A DNA stretch of 33,607 bases. Source: Nemertoderma westbladi. Lineage: Eukaryota > Animalia > Xenacoelomorpha. The stretch lies in contig JAUCBJ010007471.1 in the NCBI GenBank assembly GCA_032718475.1, positions 1 through 33,607 of the forward strand, written 5' to 3'. The position numbers and the translations under genes were made by a program. Below the pieces are notes generated by a model that was given only the letters and a program-made list of their open reading frames with translations, was not told the origin of the DNA and did not search any database. Shown one piece after another: positions 30,300 through 33,607 of this stretch; position 1 is the first letter of the stretch, and every line of letters begins with the position of its first letter.

Positions 30300-32830
30300 T
30301 CTGAAGTTGCTATTACATCATCGTAATCTGTAACATGATCGATCATCTGTACTGTCAATGTCCGAGTCGAAATAACTTTCAGGTTTCATGACGTTCATCT
30401 TGGCAGTGTTGATGTCTCTCACAGTCGGTATGAAGGTCTTTCTCACGTCATTCAACTGCCGGTGAACTCCATTTACAACGACCACCCAATCATATACTTC
30501 CTCCACTGGAACTGGTCCTTTCCACTTGTACATCGAATATGACTATCTTGTTTAACATAAACCATATCACCGACTTTGAGGGAGTGGGGATGCTCCACCT
30601 GGCCCCTGGGTTCTCTGCCATCCCATTGTTTTACAGTATTAACCTCAGTGACCCCTGGGAGTTTATTCCCACGTTCTGCAACACCTTTAAAACACAGCTC
30701 AGTTGGAGTAAAGTTCCTGTCACATCCTATTGTCCTACTGAACCAGAATGCTGCTTGTTCTACCGTTTTTCGAGCTCTGACTGCCCATTTCTTAATACGG
30801 TAGTTCAGTGTACTTTTTCTACAGGGTTTATTTTCTCTACAGGCACATACAAATAACAGAGTAACTTCCAAAGTGTCAATAAATTCTTTCAGTTCCTGAC
30901 TCCAAAATGCCGGTAAGTGGTCCACAAGAACTTCATCAGGAGGGCCCATTTCGAGAAATATTTGGTTAAGTTCACACTGTTGACGCATTTTCATTGGCAA
31001 ATTTCGTCTGCATATTTTCTAATGTGATGCATAATCCATTACAGTTAAATACTTTCGATTGCCATACTCAGTAAACTCCATGGAGAGATGGCTCCACACC
31101 TGGTCAACTTTTGCTGTTCAACCTTCCACTTTAGTGGGATTGGATCTTTACTACTGTTACATTTTGGCCACTGATATACCAACTTTTTCAATGAGCCTTA
31201 TAAAGTAGGAGTTGATTCCTTCCTTTCGCAGTCAAGGTGTCAGAGTTATGATGTTCTTTCAACTCCTAGATTGGAAATTTTGTGGATCTTATTCTTTACT
31301 CTCCTTAATTGATCATTAAAATCTTTCATTATCTATCATTAAAATCATCATCTACCATGTCACAATTTTGAGGAACTGTAGTGAGGGCATCAGCCTTATT
31401 AATATCAGACTGTACTAGAAATGGATGGATTATTAGTTGATATTGCTCGATATGGTTGGCTATTAAATCTAATCTCGGTTCAACTAATTTATGGGCCTGC
31501 CCTTAGTTCTTACACTATGAGAGTTGGATACAACTGCTTCTGCCCAATATGAGCAGTGATTGAGTTGATAAACAGGTCGATTTCAACCAATCCCCATCAA
31601 TCGCGAGATTAATACCACCCACAACAGGATCCAATTATGCTACATTAATATGGCTTTTGTCACTTTGTTTACATAACCAGCTAGTGTCTTCAACTATGAT
31701 TTCATCAAACACTGCCAATACTTCCTTGGCAATTGAGGTAAACATCAGTCCAGACTTCTCCCGATTTATTTGGTGGTACCAACCATGTTCCTGTCGCTGG
31801 ATCATTATTACTAGACTGTTCTATCGTTTGGACAATCATTTCTCATTCAATCATTCATTTAGATAGTATTGGTTCAACAGGTGCATCCCACACCCTTCAT
31901 GCACCGTATCACTGCATCCAAAGGCACATGCTGGTATTAGCCATCCAGCGATTGGAAAATGACCACGAAGTGCATCACATATTGAATGCACTTCCCACAT
32001 TGTAATACAATTTGGCAATGATGGTAATTTTGAATCCTGTTTCCACCTTAAAATGGTGTACATGTACGGAAGTGATACCCATACTTGTTCATCAACTGAC
32101 AGTGTTTTCTCCACAATGTGGTTCATGATTTTAGGCACTGAACTTAGTACAAATCCCATCACTGTTACCAAATATCGTACATTTTCATACACCACTGTTT
32201 GATATGGTTGAGTTCTTTAGCGATCATTATTTGCATATGGGGCCATTTAAGGTCTATTAGTGCTGTATGGATGCTTTACGTGGAACACACACACACAGTG
32301 GCTCCCAATAGTCTAAAATGGGGCGTATTCAATTTTTCTTTGGCTCGTATTTCCCCATTAGAGGAATAGTTCTCTTTTTTTTACCATGTTCAAAATCGTT
32401 ATATAGAATCATCCAACCTTGTGTTCGCCATCCATCAATACTAAAACGGAACATTTCTTGATGTTCTGGCCGAATAGTATTAGTATATTATATTATATAT
32501 ATTATATTATTATATATTCTATCATATAGGCGTTATAGTATTCTGGTGCATTGGTTCTTGATTTTGCTTCCATTTCCATTCGGCAGTCCAACTCTCACCA
32601 TTATAAAATGCATTAAAATCCACGGCATTCAGCGTCACTTCAATGCCAATGCTTCCAGTTATGCCAATGTTACACTGTTTAATTAGTTTAGGTCCCAAAA
32701 CCTGTTCTGGACTATTCACCTCCACACCAAGTTTTTTATGAGAATTGACTGCATCCATTGCTCCAAATATTGTTGATATTGAATTTGCTGGGTCAATCGA
32801 TTTAATTAATCTTCTCGTCATCGCCTGATA
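30300..32830 (-). pseudogene. Highly degenerate Gypsy-like LTR retrotransposon pol (RT, RNase H and integrase remnants)
   Basis: Fragments WTAEWKWK, RYLVTVMGFVLSSVPKIM (RT), GPPDEVLVD..FWSQELKEF (integrase core), VGDMVYVK..WKGP..VNGVHR (integrase C-terminus), in RT-then-IN order; many frameshifts. Confidence 0.75.
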
Positions 32831-33607
32831 ACGTCATGTGCAGCCCCTGATAAGGAAAGTGACGTCGGGTAAGCGATGTTTCTTCCTTTAACTTTGACTC
32901 TGCCTTTATACACCCCCAATGTCGAATGTCTAATAAACCGAATGTTTGTCGGATAGTCCAACATATTACTATAGCAACATTTCCATCGTGCCAAAAGGGC
33001 GACTTTTGGGGATCATTTGTATCGTATTGAAAGGAAATTTAAAATAGTTGACCCACAGTAGAAATTCCGGTTAATTTAAACTGGAAATTTCATATAGCCA
33101 GAGCTCAGCTATTATGTATTATATGATAGCTAGTACAGAGTTACTCACCATGTGATTATCCAATTCGTTAATGTGGACTAGTCCATGGATATAGGGAGCA
33201 GTTTCTTTGAGCAAGTCCATACAGTAATCCACAGCTACAGATGATACTGGTGAGTTGGTGGGAAACACAGACTTTGTTGAATGAGATCCGTTATGCAGGT
33301 AATTCCATTGGTAACACCAACTGTACATTATGTACAGAAGTGAAAGCAGCAGAACCCCAGTCGGAGTGTACTAAAATAATATAAAAGTAAAAATGTATTC
33401 CGTATGGCGTCATTTTCACTAGTATTACATGCAGCCAATTCTGTTCTCACAGATTTAATAATCACATAGTGTATGTAATCAAGTCAGGTCAGGGTCCCCA
33501 GATCCTGCTACCACTATGGAAGTAATGTGGTACTACCTGTAGCTGTCTGCCCAGTAGGACAGCTTGATCAGCACCAGTAGCCTACAGTATTCATCATTTA
33601 GTCAATC

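Overview
Repeat-dense, AT-rich animal (probably invertebrate) genomic DNA made almost entirely of transposable elements. The centre is a near-complete, ~15.9 kb BEL/Pao LTR retrotransposon on the minus strand (12109-28017). It has ~1.24 kb TG...CA LTRs and a gag-PR-RT-RH-IN polyprotein broken by one frameshift, with a DSG->NSG protease mutation. Three things about it are atypical. (i) There is no tRNA-type TGG primer-binding site; the 11 nt abutting the 5' LTR are instead perfectly complementary to a sequence inside the LTR, resembling Tf1 self-priming. (ii) A ~480-codon non-env extra ORF with CCHC zinc knuckles and a basic tail occupies the env position. (iii) Both long UTRs hold duplicated and hairpin-forming elements plus a phased TACCGGTA array. 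The element truncates an RTE-type LINE without a target-site duplication. The flanks hold an L2/CR1-group LINE relic, two tRNA-derived SINEs, MITE ends, a 160-170 bp tandem repeat, a decayed transposase-like fragment, two exons of a Ulp1/C48-like cysteine protease and a decayed Gypsy-like pol. All family calls rest on motif recognition by eye, not database searches.
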